This document shows positions 56,359 through 64,000 of a stretch of 64,000 bases of DNA, piece after piece. The DNA comes from an uncultured beta proteobacterium (GTDB taxonomy: Bacteria > Pseudomonadota > Gammaproteobacteria > Burkholderiales > Rhodocyclaceae). The DNA lies in NCBI GenBank assembly GCA_963804805.1, contig CAWDRW010000004.1, positions 264,118 to 328,117 of the forward strand, in the 5' to 3' direction. Each line of letters opens with the position of its first letter. Position 1 is the stretch's first letter. The position numbers and the translations under genes were made by a program. The notes below the pieces were generated by a model that worked only from the letters and a program-made list of their open reading frames with translations, ran no database searches and had not been told where the DNA came from.

Positions 56359-56433
56359 GCCACAGAGACACAGAGATCACAGAGAAGAGTCAAAAGGGTT
56401 TCCGTACTCTGTGTCCTCTGTGATCTCTGTGGC
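56359..56433. repeat. CACAGAG-type inverted repeat
   Basis: GCCACAGAGACACAGAGATCACAGAG ... CTCTGTGTCCTCTGTGATCTCTGTGGC. Confidence 0.85.
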
Positions 56434-56451
56434 TAAAAAGGTTTTTTCCTG

Positions 56452-58398
56452 ATGCCCTTCAGCGCCAACTGCCCGGCCTGCGGCGCGCCGGTCGTCTTCA
56501 AGTCGTCGGCGTCCTTCCACGGCGTCTGCGAATTCTGTCGCAGCACGCTGGTGCGCCACGGCGGCGACCTGGAAAACCTCGGCCGCATGGCCGACCTGAT
56601 CGAGGATGCGTCGCCGATCCGGCTCGGCACCGAGGGCCGCTATCGCGGCGTGCATTTCGCCGTGGTCGGGCGCATCCAGCTGCGCTACGCAGCGGGCGTC
56701 TGGAACGAGTGGCACCTGCTGTTCGACGACATGCGGGGCGGCTGGCTGTCGGATGCCAATGGCGAATACGTAGTCAGCTTTCTGACGCCGCCAGGCGCGA
56801 CGCTGCCCGATTTCGCCACGCTGATGCCGAACGACGAGCTCAAGCTCGCCGGGCAGGATTTCATCGTCACCGACCTCGAAGAGGCCATGTGCATCGCGGG
56901 CGAAGGCGAACTGCCCTTCGCCTTCGGCGCCGGCTACCCGGCGCAACTGGTCGACCTGCGCAGCAGCGGCGAAGGCGCGGCGGCCTTCGCCAGCATCGAC
57001 TATTCGGAAACGCCGCCCCTGTTCTTCGTCGGCGAATCGCTGCCCTTCGCCAGCTTTCATTTCGCCAACTTGCGCGACGAGCAGGCGGCCAGGCCGGCCG
57101 GCGTGGTCAAGGCGCTGCAATGCCCGGCCTGTGGCGGCGCCATCGGCATCCACGACAAGGCGGTGCAAAGCGTCGCCTGCCCGTCCTGTCTCAGCGTGCT
57201 CGAACCCGCCGACGCAAGCCTGCGCATTTTGCACAAGGCCGCCGCCGCGACGCGCATCGAGCCGCTGATTGCGCTGGGCAGCGTTGGCCGTTTCGGCGGC
57301 CGCGACTGGACCGTGATCGGCTTCCAGCAGCGCGTCATCACGGCGGAAGACATCGACTACCCGTGGCAGGAGTTCCTCCTGCACCACCCGGAGGAAGGCT
57401 TTCGCTGGCTGGTGGAATCGACCGGACACTGGAGCTGGGTCAGCCCCGTCACAAAGCCGCCGAGCTACCACACCGGCCTGCCGACGACGCTCTACAACGG
57501 CGAGATATTCACGCGCTACTCGGCGGGTTCCGCCGTGACCCGCTACGTCGTCGGCGAATTCACCTGGAAGGTGAAGGTCGGCGAGACATGGGAAATCGCC
57601 GATTTCATCGCCCCGCCGAAAATGCTCAGCCGCGAGTCCAGCCACAGCGAGTCCACCTGGTCGCTCGGCGACTACCTGCCCGCCGATGAAGTGGCGGCCG
57701 CATTCAAGCTCGACAAGGCGCTGCGCCCGGCGACCGGCATCGCGATGAACCAGCCCAATCCGCGCCTGGAAAATCATCGCAAGGTCTGCCGCGGGTTCTG
57801 GAAATTCCTGGCGCTTGCGGTCGTCGCGCAACTGCTCTGGTTTTTCATCCTCGGCGGCCGCACGCTGCTCGACCAGCGCCTGGTGTTCTCGCCGCAAAAC
57901 GACGAGCCGGTCACGACGCAGACTTTCCTGCTCGACGGCAAGGCGCGCAACCTGGTGCTGCGCCACGACACCGACCTCGACAACAACTGGCTCGGGCTGG
58001 GGCTGACGCTGGTCGAAAAGAACTCTGGCCGCGCCTGGATCGCGCAGACCGAAGTCGCCTACTGGCACGGTTCCGACGGCGGCGAGAGCTGGAGCGAGGG
58101 CGATCGCAGCAAGGAACTGGAATTCCGCGACCTGCCGCCCGGCACCTATTACTTCGTCATCGATCCGGAAATTTCCGAGGAGAAACCGGTCAGCGTCGCC
58201 GCCCGCATCAAGGTCATCCGCGACCAGGCGGCGTGGAGCAATTTCTTCTTCCTGCTGGTCTTCCTCGCCCTGTTCCCGATGTTCAGCCGCTACCGGGTCA
58301 GCAGCTTCGAGGCCGAACGCTGGAAGGACGCCGACTTCCTTTCCACCGGCGCCGAATTCGGTTCCGGCGACAGCGATTCCGGAGGCGACGATGATTGA
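56452..58398 (+). CDS. DUF4178-like protein with two Zn ribbons and C-terminal TM segments
   Basis: CPACGA..CEFCRS and CPACGG..CPSCLS, each before a W.EW/F..WL.E/D domain; GELPF/GEFTW; acidic Gly/Ser tail. Confidence 0.82.
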   Translation: MPFSANCPACGAPVVFKSSASFHGVCEFCRSTLVRHGGDLENLGRMADLIEDASPIRLGTEGRYRGVHFAVVGRIQLRYAAGVWNEWHLLFDDMRGGWLSDANGEYVVSFLTPPGATLPDFATLMPNDELKLAGQDFIVTDLEEAMCIAGEGELPFAFGAGYPAQLVDLRSSGEGAAAFASIDYSETPPLFFVGESLPFASFHFANLRDEQAARPAGVVKALQCPACGGAIGIHDKAVQSVACPSCLSVLEPADASLRILHKAAAATRIEPLIALGSVGRFGGRDWTVIGFQQRVITAEDIDYPWQEFLLHHPEEGFRWLVESTGHWSWVSPVTKPPSYHTGLPTTLYNGEIFTRYSAGSAVTRYVVGEFTWKVKVGETWEIADFIAPPKMLSRESSHSESTWSLGDYLPADEVAAAFKLDKALRPATGIAMNQPNPRLENHRKVCRGFWKFLALAVVAQLLWFFILGGRTLLDQRLVFSPQNDEPVTTQTFLLDGKARNLVLRHDTDLDNNWLGLGLTLVEKNSGRAWIAQTEVAYWHGSDGGESWSEGDRSKELEFRDLPPGTYYFVIDPEISEEKPVSVAARIKVIRDQAAWSNFFFLLVFLALFPMFSRYRVSSFEAERWKDADFLSTGAEFGSGDSDSGGDDD

Positions 58399-58410
58399 GG
58401 GAAGACCCTG

Positions 58411-58554
58411 ATGCCGCGCTTCGCCTTGATCATGAGCATCGCCGCCTTCGTGCTGTTCAACTACGGCCAGTACCTCGGCTGGAGTATGTTCACCGAAAGC
58501 GCCGCCGCCCAGCCGGTGCGCTCGGCCAACGCGGCGCGGGCCCTGCACAAATGA
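58411..58554 (+). CDS. 47-aa single-TM small protein (below ORF-track cutoff)
   Basis: GAGGGAAG upstream; MPRFALIMSIAAFVLFNYGQYLGWSMFTESAAAQPVRSANAARALHK*. Confidence 0.7.
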   Translation: MPRFALIMSIAAFVLFNYGQYLGWSMFTESAAAQPVRSANAARALHK

Positions 58555-58600
58555 ACGCATCGATCCCGCCGCCCGCAGACACACACTTGAAAGGACACAC

Positions 58601-59008
58601 ATGCAGATCCTGCTGATTTCCGGCATCGCCTTCGCCATCGTCGCGGTGCTGTTCGCCTTGCAGAACAACGTGCCGGTGACGGTGAGCTTTTTCGCCTGGA
58701 GCTTCGGCGGCTCGCTGGCGCTGGTGTTGCTGCTGGCCCTCGGCCTCGGCGCCATCATCGCCGGGCTGGTCACCTCGCCGGCATTGATCGGCAGCCGGTG
58801 GACCGGCAAGCGCCTGCAGCGCCAGGTGACCAGCCTCGAAGAACAGAATCGCGGCCTGCAGCAGCGACTCGCCGAACTCGATGCGCAACTGGAATCCCTG
58901 CTCGCCGCACAGGCCCTCGACCCGGCGGCGCCGAGGCCGGAGGAAAAACCCTACGTCGGACTCAAGGCCCTGATTACCGGCGCCGGCGCCGACACCACAA
59001 AACCCTGA
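58601..59008 (+). CDS. LapA/DUF1049-like membrane protein with coiled coil
   Basis: AVLFALQNNVPVTVSFFAWSFGGSLALVLL then heptad-rich tail. Confidence 0.8.
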   Translation: MQILLISGIAFAIVAVLFALQNNVPVTVSFFAWSFGGSLALVLLLALGLGAIIAGLVTSPALIGSRWTGKRLQRQVTSLEEQNRGLQQRLAELDAQLESLLAAQALDPAAPRPEEKPYVGLKALITGAGADTTKP

Positions 59009-59075
59009 AGTCAAAAAGTCGGCGCCGGCGGGACGGCGATTTCCGTCCCGCCCCGACCGCGAAGACGACACCGAC

Positions 59076-60590
59076 ATGCAACGACCCCTGCTGGTTTCCG
59101 TCTTCATCGTCGCCTCCTGCGGGCTGGCCTACGAGCTGATCGCCGGCGCGCTGGCGAGCTACCTGCTGGGCGATTCGGTGACGCAGTTCTCCACGGTGAT
59201 CGGGGCCTACCTGTTCGCCATGGGCATCGGCTCCTGGCTGTCGAAATATGTCGGCGGAGCATCGGTGCAGGGCCTGCTGGTGCGCTTCATCCAGATCGAG
59301 CTGCTGGTCGGCCTGCTCGGCGGCATCTCGGCCGGGCTGCTGTTCCTGCTGTTCACGCTGCACGCCGGGCCCTTCCGCTTCATGCTCTACGGCCTGGTGC
59401 TGCTGATCGGGATACTCGTCGGCCTCGAAATCCCGCTGATCATGCGCATCCTGAAGCGCGAAGTGGCCTTCAAGGACCTCGTCGCGCAGGTGCTGACCTT
59501 CGACTACATCGGCGCGCTGGCCGTGTCGGTGCTGTTCCCGCTGCTGCTGGCGCCGCATCTCGGCCTGGTCAGGAGCGCGCTGCTGTTCGGCCTGTTGAAC
59601 GCCCTGGTCGCCGCCTGGGCGCTGTGGCTGTTCCGCGCGCAGCTCGGCACCCTGCCGGCCTTGCGCGCGCAATGCGCCGCCGTGATCGGCGCGCTGGCGA
59701 TCGGCTTCGGCTTCGCCGGCCACTTCGTCAGCCTGGCCGAGGCCAACCTCTACAACGAGGACATCGTCCATGCCGAGTCCAGCCCCTACCAGCGCATCGT
59801 CGTCACCCGCTGGCGCGACGAGACGCGGCTTTACCTCAACCACAACCTGCAGTTTTCCTCGCGCGACGAATACCGCTACCACGAGGCGCTGGTGCACCCC
59901 GGCATGGCCGCGCTGCCCGGCGCGCGCAAGGTGCTGGTGCTGGGCGGCGGCGACGGCATGGCGGTGCGCGAGATCCTCAAGTATCCGCAGGTCGAGAGCA
60001 TCACGCTGGTCGACCTCGATCCGCGCATGACCGAACTGTTCGCGCAATCGACGCTGCTGCGCGAACTCAACGGCGGGGCGCTGGCCTCGCCGAAACTGAA
60101 GATCGTCAACGCCGACGCCCTGCAATGGCTGGAACAGACGCAGGAGATATTCGACTTCGTCGTCGCCGACTTCCCCGATCCGTCCAACCACAGCCTCGGC
60201 AAGCTCTACTCGACGGCCTTCTACCGCCTGTTGAAACAGCACGTCGCCGAAACCGGCCGCATCGCGGTGCAGGCCACCTCGCCGCTGCATGCGCGGGAGA
60301 GCTTCTGGACCGTGGTCGCCACGCTGGAAGCCGCCGGCTGGCAGACCGCGCCCTATCACGCGCTGGTGCCGAGCTTCGGCGAATGGGGCTTCATCCTCGC
60401 CGGCCGCCGCGAGTACCGGCCGCCGGCGACGATCCCGGTGCCGACGCGCTTCGTCACCCCCGACGCGCTGCCGGCGCTGTTCCACTTCCCCGCCGACATG
60501 GCGCGCGTGCCCGCCGAACCCAACCGCCTCGACAACCAGAACCTGGTGCGCATCTTCGAGCGCGAGTGGGGCAGGGTGCAGGCGCAGTGA
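59076..60590 (+). CDS. speE: Membrane-bound aminopropyltransferase (SpeE-like, ~7 N-terminal TMs)
   Basis: SPYQRIVV, LQFSSRDEYRYHEALVH, VLVLGGGDG, VDLDP, DFPDP, VPSFGEWGF. Confidence 0.85.
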   Translation: MQRPLLVSVFIVASCGLAYELIAGALASYLLGDSVTQFSTVIGAYLFAMGIGSWLSKYVGGASVQGLLVRFIQIELLVGLLGGISAGLLFLLFTLHAGPFRFMLYGLVLLIGILVGLEIPLIMRILKREVAFKDLVAQVLTFDYIGALAVSVLFPLLLAPHLGLVRSALLFGLLNALVAAWALWLFRAQLGTLPALRAQCAAVIGALAIGFGFAGHFVSLAEANLYNEDIVHAESSPYQRIVVTRWRDETRLYLNHNLQFSSRDEYRYHEALVHPGMAALPGARKVLVLGGGDGMAVREILKYPQVESITLVDLDPRMTELFAQSTLLRELNGGALASPKLKIVNADALQWLEQTQEIFDFVVADFPDPSNHSLGKLYSTAFYRLLKQHVAETGRIAVQATSPLHARESFWTVVATLEAAGWQTAPYHALVPSFGEWGFILAGRREYRPPATIPVPTRFVTPDALPALFHFPADMARVPAEPNRLDNQNLVRIFEREWGRVQAQ

Positions 60591-60623
60591 GCGCTTGATT
60601 TCCGCCCGTCTTGCCGGCACAAT

Positions 60624-60643
60624 TGCATCACAAATGTAATGCA
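60624..60643. promoter_or_regulatory. Probable antitoxin operator palindrome
   Basis: TGCATCACA-aa-TGTAATGCA just upstream of the antitoxin RBS. Confidence 0.55.
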
Positions 60644-60653
60644 CGGAGAAGCC

Positions 60654-60932
60654 ATGAAAACCGCCGCCATTCCCGCCGTCCGCGTCCCCCCTGAACTGCG
60701 CCAGGCCGCTGAACAACTGCTGGCCGAAGGCGAAACCCTGTCTGCCTTTGTCGAGGACGCGGTGCGGCGCAACGTGGAGTATCGACAGGCACAGATGGCG
60801 TTTGTCGCGCGCGGCCTCGCCGCGCGCGACGCCGCACGCGCATCCGGCCGCTACGTCAAAGCCGCGACAGTGCTCGGCAAGCTCAGGCGTCGCTTGACCA
60901 GGGCACGCAACAAGGCGGCCATCGCCGAATGA
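60654..60932 (+). CDS. Ribbon-helix-helix antitoxin (YlcI/YnfO-like)
   Basis: MKTAAIPAVRVPPELRQAAEQLLAEGETLSAFVEDAVR; ATGA overlap with toxin. Confidence 0.8.
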   Translation: MKTAAIPAVRVPPELRQAAEQLLAEGETLSAFVEDAVRRNVEYRQAQMAFVARGLAARDAARASGRYVKAATVLGKLRRRLTRARNKAAIAE

Positions 60933-61237
60933 AGAAATTCGTCGTCCGCTTCACGGCAGAAGCGGAAGCGGATTTGCTGCGCCTGTTCGATTTCCTGCTG
61001 GAACGCGACGTCGGCGCTGCCGAGCGGGCCGAACAAGCGATCACCAAGGCGATCGAGTTGCTGGAGGTATTTCCTTTCTCATGCCGAAAAGCGGGAGCCG
61101 GATCGGGCGATCCCTTCCTGCGCGAACTGATCATCCCGTTCGGCAACTCGGGCTATGTCGCGCTGTTCGAGATCGAGGCAGCCGGTTACGTGACGATTCT
61201 CGCTATTCGACACCAGCGGGAAGACGACTACCACTGA
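60929..61237 (+). CDS. RelE/ParE family toxin
   Basis: VRFTAEAEADLLRL...RELIIPFGNSGYVALFEI...ILAIRHQREDDYH. Confidence 0.88.
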   Translation: MKKFVVRFTAEAEADLLRLFDFLLERDVGAAERAEQAITKAIELLEVFPFSCRKAGAGSGDPFLRELIIPFGNSGYVALFEIEAAGYVTILAIRHQREDDYH

Positions 61238-61241
61238 GCCC

Positions 61242-62876
61242 ATGCGCCGCCGCGACTTCCTTGCCGCAACATCGGCCGCAGCCGCCCTCGCGGCCTGCGG
61301 TTCCAAGTCCGCGCCGCCGCTGCCGCCGGGAACGCTGTCGGGCGCCAACGACGCCCTCGGCCACCGCCTGCGCAAACCGGATTTTCCGGCGCCGACGGAA
61401 ACGCGTCGCGTCGCCGTAGCGATTGTCGGCGGCGGCATCGGCGGGCTCTCGGCGGCGTGGAAGCTGGCGCGCTCGGGCTGCGACGATTTCCTGCTGCTGG
61501 AAATGGAAGGCGAGGCGGGCGGCAATTCGCGCGCCGGCAGGAACGAAGTCTCGGCCTATCCGCTGGGCGCGCATTACCTGCCGCTGCCGCCGCGCGAGGC
61601 GCGTGCCACGCGAGCCTTGCTGGCCGAACTCGGCGTGCTGCAGGGCGACCCGGATGCCGCACATCCGGCCTACGACGAAAAGTATTTGTGCCATGCGCCG
61701 CAGGAAAGGCTATATACCAACGGCTATTGGCAGGATGGTTTGTGGCCGACGCTGGGCGTGCCGAAAATCGAGCGGGCCCAGTACACGCGCTTCCAGGACA
61801 CCGTCGCCGAGTTGCGCCAACGGCGCGACGGCGCAGGGCGGCGCGCCTTCGCGCTGCCACTGGCCTTGTCCAGCCGCGATCCGGACACGCTGGCGCTGGA
61901 TCGCATCACGCTGCGCGACTGGCTGCTGCGCGAGGGCTACACGGCGCCGGGCCTGCACTGGCTGGCCGACTACGCCTGCCGCGACGACTACGGCACGTCC
62001 GCCGCGCAGACCTCGGCCTGGGCCGGGCTGCACTACTTTGCCTGCCGCGACGGCGACGGCCAGGTGCTGACCGCGCCGGAAGGCAACGCCTGGCTGACGC
62101 GCGGCCTGGCGCGCGCGGCGGCGGGGCGGGTGCAGCAAAACGCGCTGGTGTTCCGCGTCGAGCAGCGCAAAAAGGAGGCCGTCTGCGACGTCTACCTCGC
62201 CGCGGAAAACCGCAGCATCCGCATCATCGGTCGCGAACTGATCTGGGCCGCGCCGCTGTTCCTGATCCCGCACGTGTTCGCCGCGCCGCGCCCGGAATGG
62301 CTGGCGGCGATCCGCGGCGCCGAATATGCGCCCTGGATCGTGGCCAACCTGACACTGTCGGAAGCGCCGCAGACCCGCGCCGGCCAGCCGCTGGCCTGGG
62401 ACAACGTGCTGCACGACAGCGCGGCGCTGGGCTACGTGGTGGCCACCCACCAGCAACTGCGCTATGCGCCGGGGCCGACCGTGATCACCTGGTACCGCGC
62501 GCTGCAGGAAGAATCGGCGTCCCGGACCCTGTCTGCCGGAGATTCCGCTTCGCGGGCCGGCAAGCGCCGACTTTCCTGGTCGCGCGAGGACTGGACGCGC
62601 GAGATCCTCGCCGACCTCGCCGTGCCCCACCCGGAAATCCGCGAGCTGGCGACGCGCATCGACATCCACCGCCATGCCCACGCCATGCTCCGCCCGCTGC
62701 CGGGCCGCCTCTGGGGCGGCGCGCGCGCGGCCTTCGAAACCGGCGCCGGCAACATCCGCTTCGCCCATGCCGACGTCTCCGGCCTGTCGCTGTTCGAGGA
62801 AGCGAATTATCGCGGCGTGCAGGCCGCCGAGCGCACGCTGGCCCGGCTCGGCGTATCCTATGCGTCTTCACTATGA
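61242..62876 (+). CDS. FAD-dependent amine-oxidase-like oxidoreductase with Tat lipoprotein signal
   Basis: MRRRDFL...ALAAC; IVGGGIGGLSAA; YPLGAHY; DDYG; FAHADVSGLSLFEEA. Confidence 0.85.
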   Translation: MRRRDFLAATSAAAALAACGSKSAPPLPPGTLSGANDALGHRLRKPDFPAPTETRRVAVAIVGGGIGGLSAAWKLARSGCDDFLLLEMEGEAGGNSRAGRNEVSAYPLGAHYLPLPPREARATRALLAELGVLQGDPDAAHPAYDEKYLCHAPQERLYTNGYWQDGLWPTLGVPKIERAQYTRFQDTVAELRQRRDGAGRRAFALPLALSSRDPDTLALDRITLRDWLLREGYTAPGLHWLADYACRDDYGTSAAQTSAWAGLHYFACRDGDGQVLTAPEGNAWLTRGLARAAAGRVQQNALVFRVEQRKKEAVCDVYLAAENRSIRIIGRELIWAAPLFLIPHVFAAPRPEWLAAIRGAEYAPWIVANLTLSEAPQTRAGQPLAWDNVLHDSAALGYVVATHQQLRYAPGPTVITWYRALQEESASRTLSAGDSASRAGKRRLSWSREDWTREILADLAVPHPEIRELATRIDIHRHAHAMLRPLPGRLWGGARAAFETGAGNIRFAHADVSGLSLFEEANYRGVQAAERTLARLGVSYASSL

Positions 62877-63259
62877 ACGGCCTGCACATCCTTGCCGAAT
62901 TTCACGCCTGCGCCGGCGATCGCCGCCTGTTGCAGGACGCCGCGCCGCTGGCCGCGCTGTGTCGCCGTGCCTGCGCGGATGCCGGGCTGGCGGTCGTCGC
63001 CGAAGCCTTCCACCAGTTCCCCGGCGCCGGCGCCACCGGTGCGCTGGTGCTGGCCGAATCGCATCTCGCGATCCACACCTGGCCGGAACTGGATGCGGTG
63101 ACGCTCGACCTTTACGTCTGCAACTTTAGCCAGGATAATCGCGCTGCCGCGGAAGCCGCCTACGCGGCGCTGAAAGCGGAATTCAAACCGCAACGCGTGG
63201 TGCGCCACGACGTCAAGCGCGGCGCGATACGGCCGGCGGTGCCGGCACAAACACATTAG
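62873..63259 (+). CDS. speD: S-adenosylmethionine decarboxylase proenzyme
   Basis: GLHILAEF, HQF, LAESHLAIHTWPE, DLYVCN; ATGA overlap with upstream gene. Confidence 0.9.
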   Translation: MNGLHILAEFHACAGDRRLLQDAAPLAALCRRACADAGLAVVAEAFHQFPGAGATGALVLAESHLAIHTWPELDAVTLDLYVCNFSQDNRAAAEAAYAALKAEFKPQRVVRHDVKRGAIRPAVPAQTH

Positions 63260-63284
63260 GAAGGTGCTGATCAAGTGTCATATC

Positions 63285-63351
63285 GTCATTCCGGCGGATG
63301 CCGGAATCCAGAAGATTCCAGGCCCCGGACACCGGCTTTCGCCGGTGTGAC
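63285..63351. repeat. REP-like inverted pair
   Basis: GTCATTCCGGCGGATGCCGGAATCCAG ... CCGGACACCGGCTTTCGCCGGTGTGAC. Confidence 0.8.
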
Positions 63352-63379
63352 GGCTTATCCGGTGCTTCCCTAGGAAACC

Positions 63380-64000
63380 ATGACTGTCCGGCTGTTCTTC
63401 TTCCTGCTGGTTTTTGCCAACCTGGTCTTCTTTGCCTGGGCGCAGGGCTACTTCGGCCAGGTCGACGAGAACCGCGAACCGCAGCGGCTCGACTCGCAGC
63501 TGCAGGCCGACAAGCTGCGCATCGTGCGCGTCGCGCAGACGGCGGACGCGAAGAAGCCGGACCTGGCCTGCCGCGTCATCAACGGCCTCAACCCGGCCGA
63601 GGCCGAAAGCGTCGGGGCCGCCATGAAAGCCGCCGGTGCCGGCGCGGCCACCGTCATCGCGCCCGAACAGCCGAAGCCTTATCGGGTGGTCATTGCCGAC
63701 CTGGCCAACAAGGCCGCCGCGGAGAAGAAGGTCGCCGAGCTGGCCCGCTTCGGGGTCGCGGAACAAACCTCCGTCGAACTGGCGGGTGGGCGCCATGAAA
63801 TAGTCCTCGGCAGTTTTTCCGCCGAATCCGCGGCGCGCGAATTGCTGCAGGACCTGGTGAAGCGCGGCATCAAGTCGGCGCGCGTGGACAGCCGCGAAGT
63901 CCCCGCGCCGAAGGTCCGCGTCGAAGTCCGCGGGCCGGCCCAGGAACTGTTGCGGCAACTGCCCCTGCTGATCGCACCCTACGCCGACGTTACCATCGGC
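63380..64000 (+). CDS. SPOR-domain-type membrane-anchored protein (partial, runs off window end)
   Basis: MTVRLFFFLLVFANLVFFAWAQGYFG...REPQRLDSQLQADKLRIV...IVLGSFSAESAA. Confidence 0.75.
   Translation, partial: MTVRLFFFLLVFANLVFFAWAQGYFGQVDENREPQRLDSQLQADKLRIVRVAQTADAKKPDLACRVINGLNPAEAESVGAAMKAAGAGAATVIAPEQPKPYRVVIADLANKAAAEKKVAELARFGVAEQTSVELAGGRHEIVLGSFSAESAARELLQDLVKRGIKSARVDSREVPAPKVRVEVRGPAQELLRQLPLLIAPYADVTIG

Noticed and set aside
62511-62580. Possible short insertion in the flavoenzyme, with GCGCCGACTTT resembling the array motif
   Set aside because: The match is only ~11 nt and an insertion cannot be shown without an alignment

Overview
GC-rich betaproteobacterial chromosomal window; gene content and order suggest a Rhodocyclales/Sterolibacteriaceae-like organism (inference). 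In order it holds groES-groEL with a perfect CIRCE, a PsrA-type TetR + fadE-fadI-fadJ-thioesterase beta-oxidation operon, small envelope genes, an Atm1-type ABC exporter, a Glu/Asp-type ABC importer, ppc and clsB-ybhP. A ~20-kb C2-organosulfonate island follows: xsc, two IclR regulators plus an HTH-only remnant, a CobS/CobT-like AAA+/vWA pair without CobN, a TTT transporter, sauS/sauT-like genes, a GMC dehydrogenase and a TRAP transporter. Next come nadA, rhodanese, a CDF transporter, glnA-DUF4124-ntrB-ntrC and birA-coaX. An ~8.4-kb uncharacterised membrane/polyamine-type operon (DUF350, SPFH-SHOCT, Zn-ribbon DUF4178, 47-aa peptide, LapA-like, 7-TM aminopropyltransferase, TA pair, Tat-lipoprotein flavoenzyme, SpeD) sits between coaX and a SPOR gene. 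Intergenic DNA carries many REP-like palindromes, a 5 x ~183-bp array duplicating a gene 3' end, and a ~100-bp element at gene junctions. About a dozen genes have single-base frameshifts or a stop, most likely sequencing errors. No rRNA, tRNA, CRISPR array, transposase or integrase was recognised. All calls come from reading the sequence and motifs; no searches were run.
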